Origin: Tubiluchus corallicola
Taxonomy: Eukaryota; Animalia; Priapulida
Direction of reading: 5' to 3'
Length of the DNA: 64,000 bases
NCBI GenBank assembly: GCA_030141605.1
Contig: JAQGDQ010000296.1
Location: 1 to 64,000 of the forward strand
Below are positions 38,301 to 50,300 of this stretch, piece by piece. The number at the start of each line of letters is the position of its first letter. Position 1 is the stretch's first letter. Below the pieces are notes generated by a model. That model did not search any database. It saw only the letters and a list, made by a program, of their open reading frames with translations, and was not told the DNA's origin. Both the position numbers and the translations under genes were made by a program.

Positions 38301-41105
38301 AAATTACCTGCTCGATACCACCCAAAGTGCATTTGCTTGGTAGCTGGTCGTGATGCTACCCATAAAGCAAACAAACTAATCATGAAACTGGCAAAATCAG
38401 TTAGCAAATGAGCAGCATCAGTCATAATGGCTAAACTACCTGCAATTGAACCACCTGGAAAAAATCAAAGATTATAGCAAGTTTTGAATGCATGATTGAA
38501 TGTCCCTACTGAAAAGCCTAATAATAAGACCAATATGCTGACTCAGCCTACCCCCAAAAACTGCAAGTGAAGGATTTGCGGCATTTTTCTGTAGCAAGAA
38601 GTCAACAATACAACATATCCAAACCTCAAAAGCTGGCCAAAGTTGGAGTTTGAGAATGGGCCGAATTATGATGTCAAAAACTTGCCACCATTGCACCATT
38701 TGATCAAAACAGTAATATCCATTGAATTGTTTGGGGTGAGACCACTCAGGACATTTCATACAAGGTGTGAAGAGTGAGCTCGATGAACTTTTCAGAATGT
38801 TCAGTTTATTTTAAGCTTCCTGTAATGAACTACCAAAATGAGAATTTATTCTGTTAATGCAAATACCATGCTTTTGCAGATTTCAATGTAAACTGTACAC
38901 AGTTTAATTGAACTACTCTTACAAGTAGAGTTGGAAATGTGCAGATGATTAACTTACCAACAATTTCTCCAACCATGAAAGACAAACATAACAAACTTGC
39001 AACAATTAGCTTTTTCCTAGCTTTCTTATCGACGGTCTTTCTGCGTGAGTCACCATGACAGTGAGAACTTTCGCTGTCTTGATCACTCTCATCATCGCTC
39101 ACACAATCAGCACAAGCACTGTCATCGTTTCCATGTATGCATATCGTTATCGATGCTGTGCGTGGTGGTGGAGCCTCATCATAGCAAGTTTTATATTTCT
39201 CTGAGGTGTCTTTTACAACTTCTTTGACACATTTCAGAAAATCACTGGAAATTACAAAAAACTAGGTACAATTCTGTATTTTCTTGCAGTTACTGACAGT
39301 AATAAATTAACTGTGAAATCAGCAACTTTCAAAGTACTAAACATTGACGATACAAATTAATGAAGGCAATAAATAATGAGGTAAATTGTTACAAAACTAT
39401 TTATATTCATCAATTTTTCTGAAAAACTTTTACATCTGCCAGCAAAAACCTTCAAATATACCTTAGAACTGAATTACAAAAACACATCATTGTAAACAAC
39501 TATTAACAGATTAGCCGTACAACAGTTTACGTTATTATATATGCACACAAAAATCTAAAACAACATTGGAACAATGACCATATGTTATCCACGCACCAAA
39601 ATTTTAAATGGCACAATTGATGTGAATAAGAACATCTGCAAAACATTCACAACTCTGAACTGTTGGTTATAAAGTTCATGTGTGTGAATGTATTTATAAA
39701 AGAACTGTGCACACATCAAGTAATAGTCTTCTAAAAGGCTGTTGACTCTTTATACATTAAACTTTAATACACTGTTTGGCTGCTTAGCAAGTACTGAATT
39801 AAATTAATAAAAAAGTTGCATAAATTAATGATCCTGGTTTCCTGAATATTAGGCCTACACATTTTTTATACAATTTGGCACTCTACAATGCAAGTTAGTA
39901 GTCACCTCACAATGAGAAGGTCTACTTAATGCAGACAGTTGAGACAGCACTAGAGGCTAACTCATCATCAAGGGGCCATCCACATATAAATGATATCAAG
40001 TTTAAGGTCGGTGGATGACAGGAGACATGATAACACCATTATAATGCACAGTAGACAGATTATTTGGTCATGATATCATTATTTGATCTCAAGCTTTCTT
40101 CAACTTTGCAGAAGCGATGCCGAACAAGGAATGGCTGGTTGTACTTGGCCGTGAGGCGGAGAAATCTACAGAATGCATTGATGAGAATGTGTTCAGTGAA
40201 CTGGGACAGACATCGCCTCCACCACTGATGCCCGTGGAGTCCACGGTTTCCCGTAATTAACACAAGTGATGTTGTTGCCTATCTTTGGGAAGAAGAATAA
40301 AATATACAAAAAGCTACATTGGTGTGGTAGGTAGGTGGTGGGACATATCATAATGCCATTATAATGCAAGGTAAATAGGGGAAATTGGCCAAAAAGTTGA
40401 TATCGTTATATGTGGATGGCCCTCAAGGGTAACCATATAAGATGAAACACTGAACCAGAAGAGGCATCTTAGCCACCTTTCAATGAACGTGCATCCTCAT
40501 TCAAAGCGGTAAATAGACAAAAGTAGTTATGGCAGATGAAATCAACCAGAATAATTTTTCACAGTAGCAACTTATCCATTCACTGACCAGACTTGATGCG
40601 GCTAACTTTGGTGCCAGAGTGCCATTCACGTATTTTTGCTTAAAATTTGAAGGAAAACAGGACGATTTTTAGACCACAGCTCATTTTTTTACCTGTGGTC
40701 TGAAATATAACATTATTGAGCTTACTACCAAGAAAACAGCCAAAATATTTCTCAATGTTAAGCTCAGAAACTTAACTAAAACTCTAATTGATAGCATCTT
40801 TAGTGACGACCGCTTCGATGGTTACGTATAATTTTCCACTGGAAGATTTTCACAAACTTTTAGCAGTACGGCGCTAAAAGTGTCATACCGACAGAGAAAC
40901 ACGAAAACTTTTGTGAATATATGAAATTAAAAATTCGAGTATTACATAACGACAAGGCAAAACTTACTTACTTACTAGTAACGCAGAGGCTGCGCATGAG
41001 GCGAAAAATATATAAGCAAACTTACCCGGTACCCAGCCTGCTGTTGGCTGGTTCACTTTCACTTTTAAGAAGTGGTGTTTTTTCCGATGGATCAAAGGAA
41101 TCCAT
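32362..41105 (-). CDS. SLC30A2: ZnT2-like (SLC30A2/3/8 clade) cation-diffusion-facilitator zinc exporter, ~423 aa, 8 exons (41105-41026, 39244-38958, 38454-38308, 38157-38004, 36526-36310, 33989-33884, 32832-32698, 32507-32362)
   Basis: HCH motif, [26 protein letters not shown], His-rich loop [49 protein letters not shown] and C-terminal TVQVEDY...CTQCKDPED. All phases agree. N-terminal EKTPLL fits a dileucine sorting signal. Confidence 0.93.
34200..35640. mobile_element. Unclassified, GC-richer decayed insertion in ZnT intron 5
   Basis: Base composition differs from the flanks. Related segments occur at ~34395-34450 and ~34863-34930, and an inverted repeat gatcacccc...ggggtgatc at ~34537-34572. 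No intact ORF was recognised. Confidence 0.4.
36925..37978 (+). repeat. Diverged ~150-bp direct repeat pair in ZnT intron 4 (~36925-37085 and ~37825-37978)
   Basis: Both copies share atgtgcaat...tgttggctg..aagctgttaagat.taattta.tact.tgaa.a.agttcta. Confidence 0.75.
39972..40423. mobile_element. PIF/Harbinger-like MITE carrying a GC-rich internal fragment
   Basis: caa|ggggccatccacatataaatgatatcaa ... ttgatatcgttatatgtggatggccct|caa: ~27-bp inverted termini and a 3-bp flanking duplication. Confidence 0.8.
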
Positions 41106-41330
41106 AAGAGCACACACTACTGTATTCTTATTGTTCACATAACAGGTTAAAACCACAAGCGGTATCTCTCTTTGTCAAAAAATTATTAGACTGTATGTTT
41201 TACGATGTCTTTACCGAAAAAGCTACTGTGCTGTACAGTTATAATAAATAAAATAGCTCTATTCAAAACTAACTTGCGACTACACCATCGAACATGCTTA
41301 CATTTTCACGTGCGACAAGAGACAAGGCAA

Positions 41331-41611
41331 TTTGCACACGGTCCGCAAGTTACGAGTATATAGTTAGCATTTAGCAATGCCACTTAGGAGACACAAACAA
41401 ATCTTAGTTATCATACGCATTATGTAAATACTAACTAGACATACGGTGACTAAACAGCCTAAATACAGGGATGTCACAGTGGTGGGTTTTGCACACTAAA
41501 ATCGAAAACATCATATATACTGTACTCACAAACTTCTGCCGCCAAACGCGTGGAAACACCACGTCTCGATTTTTGTTTATCAATAACACGCACAGGACGA
41601 ACTGTGCACAC
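41331..41611. promoter_or_regulatory. Cluster of three metal-response elements (TGCRCNC) upstream of the ZnT gene
   Basis: TGCACAC at 41333, 41490 and 41605; the first lies in the extended context TTTGCACACGG. Two more occur in intron 1 (39542, 39708). Confidence 0.7.
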
Positions 41612-43091
41612 TGTATTGAAACAGTAGAGTGTTGAAGCTCTATTGCTGTATTAGTTACCAAAGACCGAAACCATGACCATATATTGTGCGACAAAAACGA
41701 AATTGATTCAAAGTTAGCCAGATTACCTGCGAATTTATTTAAATAAGTGCAGTATCATTAATTAGGAGGTATTGCAGAACCACGTTGTTCACACCTAGTA
41801 AGTAAGTTTATTAAAACAATACATTACAGTTAAAAAGTGAATTACTGTGCATAAATGGTAAAAAATAATTGAAAATTTAAAAGGCAACAATAACTTACTA
41901 AACCTGGGGTCTTTAGACCATTAATTTTAGACAGTTTACATAAAATTATAACTCGCAAATCGGCCAGGACTGGGATTCATCAAAATGTTCGTAAGAATTT
42001 TCATACGCAAATAGTTAAGAAGTTCGTACGAACTTTCACAAGTTGGATTGAAAAAACTTCAAAGGAAGTTCTCTATTTTGTTCGGAATATTTTAAACAGC
42101 TAAAATCTTCTTGGGCATGGGGCGCATTTGATGACTTTCGGCAGCGCGTGATTGTACTATACAGTACGACTTGGCTCTTGCAAAAACTAAAAAAAAATTG
42201 TCGCAGAAGTTAAGTTCACCTGAAGATGCATCCAATGTTTTCTCTTCGCTGTTAGACAAAATATTGCAAGACTAACCACAGGCTTTTACTGGCGCACTAC
42301 TAAAGAAACAGCACTGTGCAAAGTACTTTGGTACTGTTTATTTCATTGTTTACAATACGAACGGTACTTACACACGACTCTGAAAATTTGTTTTATTGTA
42401 TATGATTTTTCTATTAATAAAACTCAGGGGAGAAACCTATGGTACACTAACCTGGTAATATATTTGTAACAGGACTGAAACTGTCAGAAATATTTTTACC
42501 ACTGATTGCCGTTAAGATAGGGTTATGTGATTATCCATTTTTAAAGTAAACCTGGATATGTATTTCTTTAATTGCTTGTGTCTCACTACTTTGAACGTTT
42601 AATCATTTTTATTTGGTCATTCGTACTTCTTATTTCAAGAGTTCACAAACCAACAAGAACAACAGCGCCTATATGGGGAATGATAGATAGAGTTACCTTC
42701 CCTTGTTTAACATAAGTTTGATGACGCCCATCTCAGACACTCGCATCTGTATAACGTTCAATATACTGATCGTAATACAACAACAATTAATACTAAACAT
42801 TATATGCAGCTCTTATAGTAAAAATTAGCATGCTCTTCAATATCAAGTATACGTTTTGAAGGCAAATAAATTATTATTATTATTATTATTATTATTAACA
42901 GTCTAGCATAATATGCCTTAATTAAACTGGGTAACTTTACATGCTGGTAACATGTTTGTATACACAGAAACAGTTATAGCTTCTATCATTCTATGACTAT
43001 GATAGTCATTAAATCCTGTGGCTACACAGGTTAATGTGTTAGATCGGTACGTCTCGAATTTCTTTTGGCAACAGAGCAAACATTTAACTCA

Positions 43092-43412
43092 GGGGATATG
43101 CAGTTTTTAAATAGTTACAGCTCTGCATTGTGCACGGTAAAAATGGAACAGGAAAAATGGCACAGAAAAGATGGCACAAATGGAAAAGTAGGTAAAATGG
43201 CACAGGAAAAAATGGGGTGCACGGTAAAAATGGCACAAGTAACAATTCAGAACAGCATGTGCCATATTTACCCACTTTCCCATTAATTTTTTTTAGCATT
43301 TTTTCCTGTACTTGCCATTTTTTTGTTGCTGCATTTTTCCCGTGCCATTTTTTCCTGCGCCATTTTTACCGCGCATAGTTAATAATTAGTGTGCATAACT
43401 GCATATATCCCC
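43092..43412. mobile_element. Foldback-type MITE with ~15-bp subrepeats (43131-43375) inside an outer inverted-repeat pair
   Basis: Arrays of ggtaaaaatggcaca-like units are mirrored by tgtgccatttttacc-like units; the outer pair is ggggatatgcagtt ... aactgcatatatcccc. Confidence 0.8.
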
Positions 43413-44118
43413 ATATAGAAACTCAATTGATGCACTACACTATGAATACCTTATTCGCGAATACCTCATCAAAACTGACTGAATAATTCTTCTTCTTCTA
43501 TAGACAAAATGTTCTCACGTGCATAATTTTTACACATTGTGTTAATAATTTCGTCTGATAAGAACATGATCGCAGAATTAAGCACGACGTGTTAAAATCA
43601 ACATTGAAGAACCAAGCCGGGCATTGATTGGGCGAGAACGCAAAAAGTTGCCCAATGAATGCGTTCGCAACATTAGAAGGCAAAACATGGTAGCATGCAT
43701 GTCCTGCGTTTAGCACATGTTTGAGACTGTTTGTCTGATTTTGATTTGTTCCGGACGCATTGCATTATAACTTTACTTCGCGAACTCAGTTTGGGGTATC
43801 TTTATTACAATATTTCTTTTGTGATTGTCATAAGTAATTGCATGTACCGCATTTTAATGAATAAACAGTTATGAAAATCGAAAAACGCCTTAAAACTTCA
43901 AAGGAAAACGTCTTTTGACGCTTTTATCTTTTCCGGCTATTGGGATAGTTTCCTATTTTATTCTCATAAATCAATTGCGTTCATAACGGTTAATAACTTG
44001 GTGCATGAAAAATTGCAGGTGAGTCATTCCGGACTCGAATTGGGTCAGCAATGGAATATACAGCAGGCCAACGACTTGTAAAATTTTAATATTAAATTTT
44101 TGGAGTCTGAAATCTTGC

Positions 44119-44330
44119 TCTCTCTCCCCCCTCTCTCTCTTTCCTTTGTCACACACTTCTGCATTTTCCCTTCCTTTCCCCCTCTCTCTCCTTTCTGAGA
44201 CACTCCTTCATTTTACCTCCCTCTCTCCTCCCCTTCCCCCTAACTCTCGCTCTCTCTCTCTCTCTCTCTTGCTTTCCTTTCTCACACGCTTTGTTTTCCC
44301 TCTCTCACACATTCCTCTGTCTCTCTTTCT
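44119..44330. repeat. Degenerate (CT)n polypyrimidine tract
   Basis: ctctctctc runs over ~210 bp just upstream of the putative RPUSD3 start. Confidence 0.9.
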
Positions 44331-44394
44331 TCTAATTTATTATTCAGTTTTGCCCTGTGAAATTTATCGCTAAGAGCACCTGTATTTAATTAAA

Positions 44395-47300
44395 ATGCAT
44401 TCGAAAGCATTGTTGAGGTCATTCGCTCACAGAATTCTCCGTATTGACACAATACTTAAGCACTGAAAAATAAATTATATATCTCAGGCGAAAGTTGTTG
44501 GTGACCTAAACTGATTGTCTTAGTATGTCTGTCTCAGTGCCTATGTATCATTCGTACAAAATTTATTATAATTCATGCAGTCACATGGCTGTCCATAAAG
44601 ATGGTACAGATAATCAGGTAAACTTGGCTCACTTACTAGAATAGATTTTATTGATTTAAAGTATGCTCAACTAGCTTACATCTGTTTTTTTTACCATAAT
44701 CGTTTTCAGCAACTGTTTAATTATAACCTTAATTATAGTTAAATTGCCTTAAAAGCCGTATATACTATACAGACAAGCATACTGTTTTGTAAAATAGCAC
44801 TAATTAAGACTTACCACATTGTTAGCCTGTGGGATAAATAAAATTGCTAATATAGAGTAATCACCTTATAAGCCCCCAATAATTTGTCTTCCAATTTTGG
44901 TACTTATTAAATAAAAGAACTTAAACGTGAAAAATGTTGATGATGTTGATAGTTTAATGAAGAAAAAACTAGCAGCTTTGATTAAGTTTCACGACAACAA
45001 TTGCTATAATTTTATTGATTTATTGCAGTCGTGCAAATGTGAAAAACTACGTCAAAAAAGGTCACAACCTACACGACTTGCCTGTGTGTGACAGCATCGC
45101 TAATTTTATATGATTCGTGTGTATGTAAAAGCAAACAACTGTCTGTGTGTAAGAACGTCAGTAAACCAAGTAATATAACATACAACTCGCCTTTATGTAA
45201 TAGTGCAGTAAACGAGATAGTAATATGATAGTGGATTTGTGACTGATTAATGCTAGACACATGTGATTAAATGAACTACAATACATGATTTTATGTGACA
45301 GCAAAGTTCTACATTTCTGTAGTATATTATATTAAACTTGAAGAACATACAAACCAGACGACAGTAAGTGACCAGTGTTTAGTTTTTAATGACTAATACT
45401 GTTAATTCTTGCATAACATTTAAATAAGAAGTACAATTAATTTTTATGTTCTGAAAGTTGAAATAGGCCTATAAGTATAACCTAGCTTTTATTACCTTTG
45501 TCCAGTGGCTGGATTCACTAACGTGTTCGCAAGAATTTTCATAAGAATCTTCAATTTCTTTGTTTTCGTAAAGTTATGATCACATTTAGTACCTTCTTAG
45601 GTTTCGAAACTTTTGTGAATTCCGTCGTAAGCCTAATAATGTTCTGATGAACGATCTTACGAATAAAATAGTTTGTAAAAAGCTTTGTGAATCCACTCCA
45701 TGTGAATACGTTTTTAGCTAACTGCATGTTACATCTAATTTCAGAAAGAAAACAAAATGGCAAGTACATTTAACTCATTTGTTAGTTGTTCCATTGCGGA
45801 CAGGATAGCTGCTAGGAGACAACTTCTTTATCCATGGCAAACTAAAGAGCAGCTGGTGAATTTTCTTCAGCAAAACATTATTTATAATAAAAGTAAGATT
45901 ATACATTTTTTAACTTTATTAAAACATGTGTTTTAATTAAGCTGTCAAATAGGCTTACCTAGGAATATTTTTTGTCTTTCAGTGGCTTTGTTTTACTTGT
46001 TTTTGTTTCTTACAAGTTTTACACAAATCAGCATTATGCCTGACATACAGGGCCAGCTCAACCACAAGGCAAACTCTGGAAGCTAAATATTTAATCACTT
46101 GCCCAGCACTTTGCTTTTTAAGTTCCCGCTGTTTTTCACAGAGGAAACAAGGTCGTCTCCGAATGCAGCTCAAGCACTATGTGACTATGTGAATATTGCA
46201 GCATACAGCAACAGATTTTCAATGTTTTTATCATTATGAGAATTTTATAAACCAACTTCTTCACAAAGAAATAAAGCAACCAACCTTGCATGCATTTTTG
46301 TAATTTTTAGTGGTAAAAATCAGATTTGTGCAATTTTTTTATTTTCCTTTTTTATGAATTCACTTATACAAATTAATTTTCTTAAATAATTACACAGAAA
46401 TTTTGATATTAGCTCATTTCTAAAATTAATTTAAAGCCTTGCAGTGCATACTAGGTTATGAGTGATGACTCATACTTCTATAGTAGTAATAGGCTACACT
46501 AGTTGGCTAATTGAATTAGTCAAAACTCTTCCTTCCCAAAAGCCGTTCACACTTGCGAGTATACTCTCAGAGAGAATATATGGCTTATACATGTACAGTA
46601 GGTGCCACTTAATAGACTCACTTTGGGGTGGAAGTGTTTTACAAGTGTGAACAGATTTGCTTTGAAGAGGGACCACTAAAATGCTTTTGCTAGGGTGTCA
46701 TATTACCTAGAGACTGCCGACATGTAACGATTTTATATGTTTTCTAATTATTAGTTAAATAATGCTCAACGTATATTAGAAAAATTCTTGAATCCAACAG
46801 ATCTATAGTAGTTTATTGACCAGTGACAAACGTAGCTGGGTAAGAAATTGTTTGGGTTGGCCCAATACATAATACAAGCAATGTCCAATTCAAAAGCAGA
46901 AGTAAAAATAAATAAATAAATAAATATGAAAAAAGAGAAAACTCTACTTTAATGCAAACTTATATCAGTTCATGCTATTCGTGCCCGCATTAATCTGTAC
47001 CTTATGACTGGACTTTGAATTGTTGCAGATGGCATTGTAGCAGTTAACAAACCTCATGGATTAGCCGTTGATGGTACGTAAAGAAAAAATGTTTCTTTTT
47101 TGTCATTTTCTTGTGTTTGATATAAGTTTTTTACAATAGGTGCTGTAGTGACTAGTGATATTTTCAAAATAGTTGACATATGTTCAAAAGTGAAATTGAA
47201 TGAAAGTCCAAGAGCAGAAAAATGCTTCATGCTCAAGATTTTATATTTATCAAGCAATTTAGTATGAATAAAGAAAATCATTTACGAGGGAATTCAAATT

Positions 47301-50300
47301 AGAGTCTCATTATTGTTCGGTGATATAGCCGACGCAAAAAGCGGCGACATAATCCAGAAATCCAAGGAAATTCAAAACAAAAATGGCGGTGGTGTGTACT
47401 TGACCGATGATCTGACCAAACAGGACTACGAGAAAAAGGCAGGACTTAGGCCAGTGATGGAAAAAGCATACTAAGACGGCAAAAGAGTTAAGTTTGCTAG
47501 TGCAATGGGCAAGTTATACATTGATGGTAAAGAGTACATGGACTAAGGGTAATTTCTATCTTCCACGGTAAAGTCGTTTATTGTGAACTAAACTTGTTAA
47601 ATGCAGTACGAGCACTTGATTATTAGAAAGAATTATTGCAAGTATTAGAAAGAATAGTTTATAAGCATTTGTATAACTATTTATTTATCGATAATAAATT
47701 GATAACAAGCAGAAACTCAGGATTTAAACCAAATGATGGTGCAGTCTGTCAGATAATATTTATTACTCAAAGACTGTGTGAGGCACTGGATAATGGCTTT
47801 GATGTAAGAACAGTATTTCGTGATATATCCTAAGCCTTTGACACGGTCTGGCACAGCGGTCTACTATTTAAATTGCGGCAAAATGGCATCAAATGTGACC
47901 TTCTCATGTGGCTCGAATCCTGCTTAACACAAAGACAAAAAAAGAGAAATAATCAAGGGGGAAATCATCGAATTTTAACTACACTAATGCAGGAGTGCCA
48001 CAAGGCTCTATTCTAGGACCTATTCCTTTCTTGGTCTTCATTGACGACTTGATAAATAATATCAAATGTGTTATCAGATTGTTTGCTGACGATACCTCAT
48101 TAATTGACGTTGTTCATGATCCACTCTTATCAGCCACTCATTTAAACAATGACCTTGCAAAAATTTACACTTGGTCTAAACAATGGAATGCTTCATTTAA
48201 TCCAGATAAGACTGAAGTCATGTCTTTTTACTCGTAACTCGTACTCTATATCCACTATTACAGCCCCCTCTATACTTGTAGCTTTAAAAACGGTACCCTT
48301 TCACAAATACTTAGGTATCTACTTTCAGTCAAACCTAAAATGGGAACATCACGCACTATATAATTGAAAAGGCTCAGCCATGCATCGATCTTATTAAAAA
48401 AATATCACGTGTTATACCACGAGTTGTTCTTGAACGTCTTTAGAAATCAATGATCGGGCCCTTTCTAGAATATGCTAACCCAGTATGGTGTAATATTCCT
48501 TCCTTTTTGTCAAATATGTTAGAGATAACTCAGAAACGTGCAGCTTATGTGTGTAGCAAAGCAGTGAAGGGTTCACAAACATCTAAATTGTTATATGACT
48601 GTGGATTTGAATACCTTTATAAAAGACGGTTATTTAATAAGTTGGTATTGTTTTATAAAATTGTAAATAGTATGTCGCCCCCTTATTTGCATTATTTATT
48701 GCCTCTGGTTAACAGGGACTTATCCACATATAATTTTCCAAATCATAACAACTTTGCATTGTTTCATGTACATAGTGAACATTTTTATAAATCTTTTTTC
48801 CTTGCCACTGTGGTTGATTGGAATACCCTTCCTGTTTTCATACAACAAGCTCCCACCATTGGTTGTTTTGTTAGTTCTTTGATAAAGCACTTGGATTTTA
48901 TTAATAGACCCAAATATTACTCATACGGTTCACCCCCTAACTCTATTCACCATCCACCACTAAGGGTGGGTTTCTTTCAGTTAAATGAGCATTTAAACAG
49001 CCACGGTTGTAGAGTTTCGAAGGGTAACATTATTCTTAAAAATTATATCTGTGGTTTTCAAATTGAAAGTATTGCACATTTTTGCTCGATTGCCTTTTGT
49101 ACATTGCTAGTAGAGATGAACTCGAAGAACGACTAACAAACTATACCAATCAAACACATTACCTTTTAACACAAATAACCTTGACCCACAATTAAAAATT
49201 TCAGTTTTTCTTTCTGATAGGTTTCTACTAAGTTATGATAAGAACATCATCGTATTTGACCTGCTGCAACAGTTCATCTATATTGGTTCATCTAACCGTT
49301 TTAATTATCGTAATTAACAATTGGGATAGTTATGTATATTTTGTGATACAGTTGTTTTTCCTGTTAAACTGCTCTCTTGTAAATTTTGCAGCCTGGGGCA
49401 ATGTGATCAGCATGTATTTTCTGTTTGCCAAAGGCAATTATATCAATTAAATGTTTTTAAAAAAATGAGGGAAATCACCAACTGAAATCAAATTTTTTAA
49501 ACTTCTTTGATATTGCTGATCGAAAATCATTAATATTGTTAGTGTGCTTGTTAACTGGTACTAATAGCTATATATTTCACATTGATAAAAATATATAAAC
49601 AGAAATTGAATGCGATTATAAAAGTAGATAGTTTTTTGGTAATGTTTTTTGTGTTGCAGAAAGAAAGATGCTGAACAAAACGAGACAGCCTGTTAAGACA
49701 TTGCCACTAACAGAAAGATTCAGCTTACAAAGTTGCCTTTCTGACCTTTCTAGTGTGCTAGGAATAAAACAACTTCATCTTGTTAAGTCAACAGAAAAGT
49801 AAATATTCTTTTGTAGTGTAGCTAAAGTTTCTTCTCATATCTCAGCTAACTATTGTTTTCAAAATCGGACAGTTTTTGCATTTACCTGTGTACACATGGG
49901 CCTAGCTAGGAATTACTACATCAGCTGATTCACACTTTAAATCAGCTAGCTCGGCTTATAGAAAAATATCAGCTGAGTCAGTTAAAGGTGCAAATTTTTT
50001 TGAGCTAAATAAATGAAAAATTGTTGGCTAACTGCTAAATTATCGAGACAATTATTTTAAATAAATTGTGTTGCTTATACGCAGAAAAAAGCTGACGTAG
50101 AAATTCAAATAATGCATTAGAGATGAATTTTTTATTATTATAAAAAAGCCATGGATTTATTGCAAATATAATTTAAATCCAACTCTTGGCAGAACTTATC
50201 TTGAACACCAAAATGATCCCATACGTGTGACTTACTTTGCGTATTTGTGTATTTAGTTTCGAATTAATCAGCTTTTGCATTCAAAAATTTCTGAAGTTTA

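Noticed and set aside
43065-43299. Overlapping ORFs with repeated KMAQ / VPFLP peptides
   Set aside because: These are translations of the MITE's 15-bp subrepeats.
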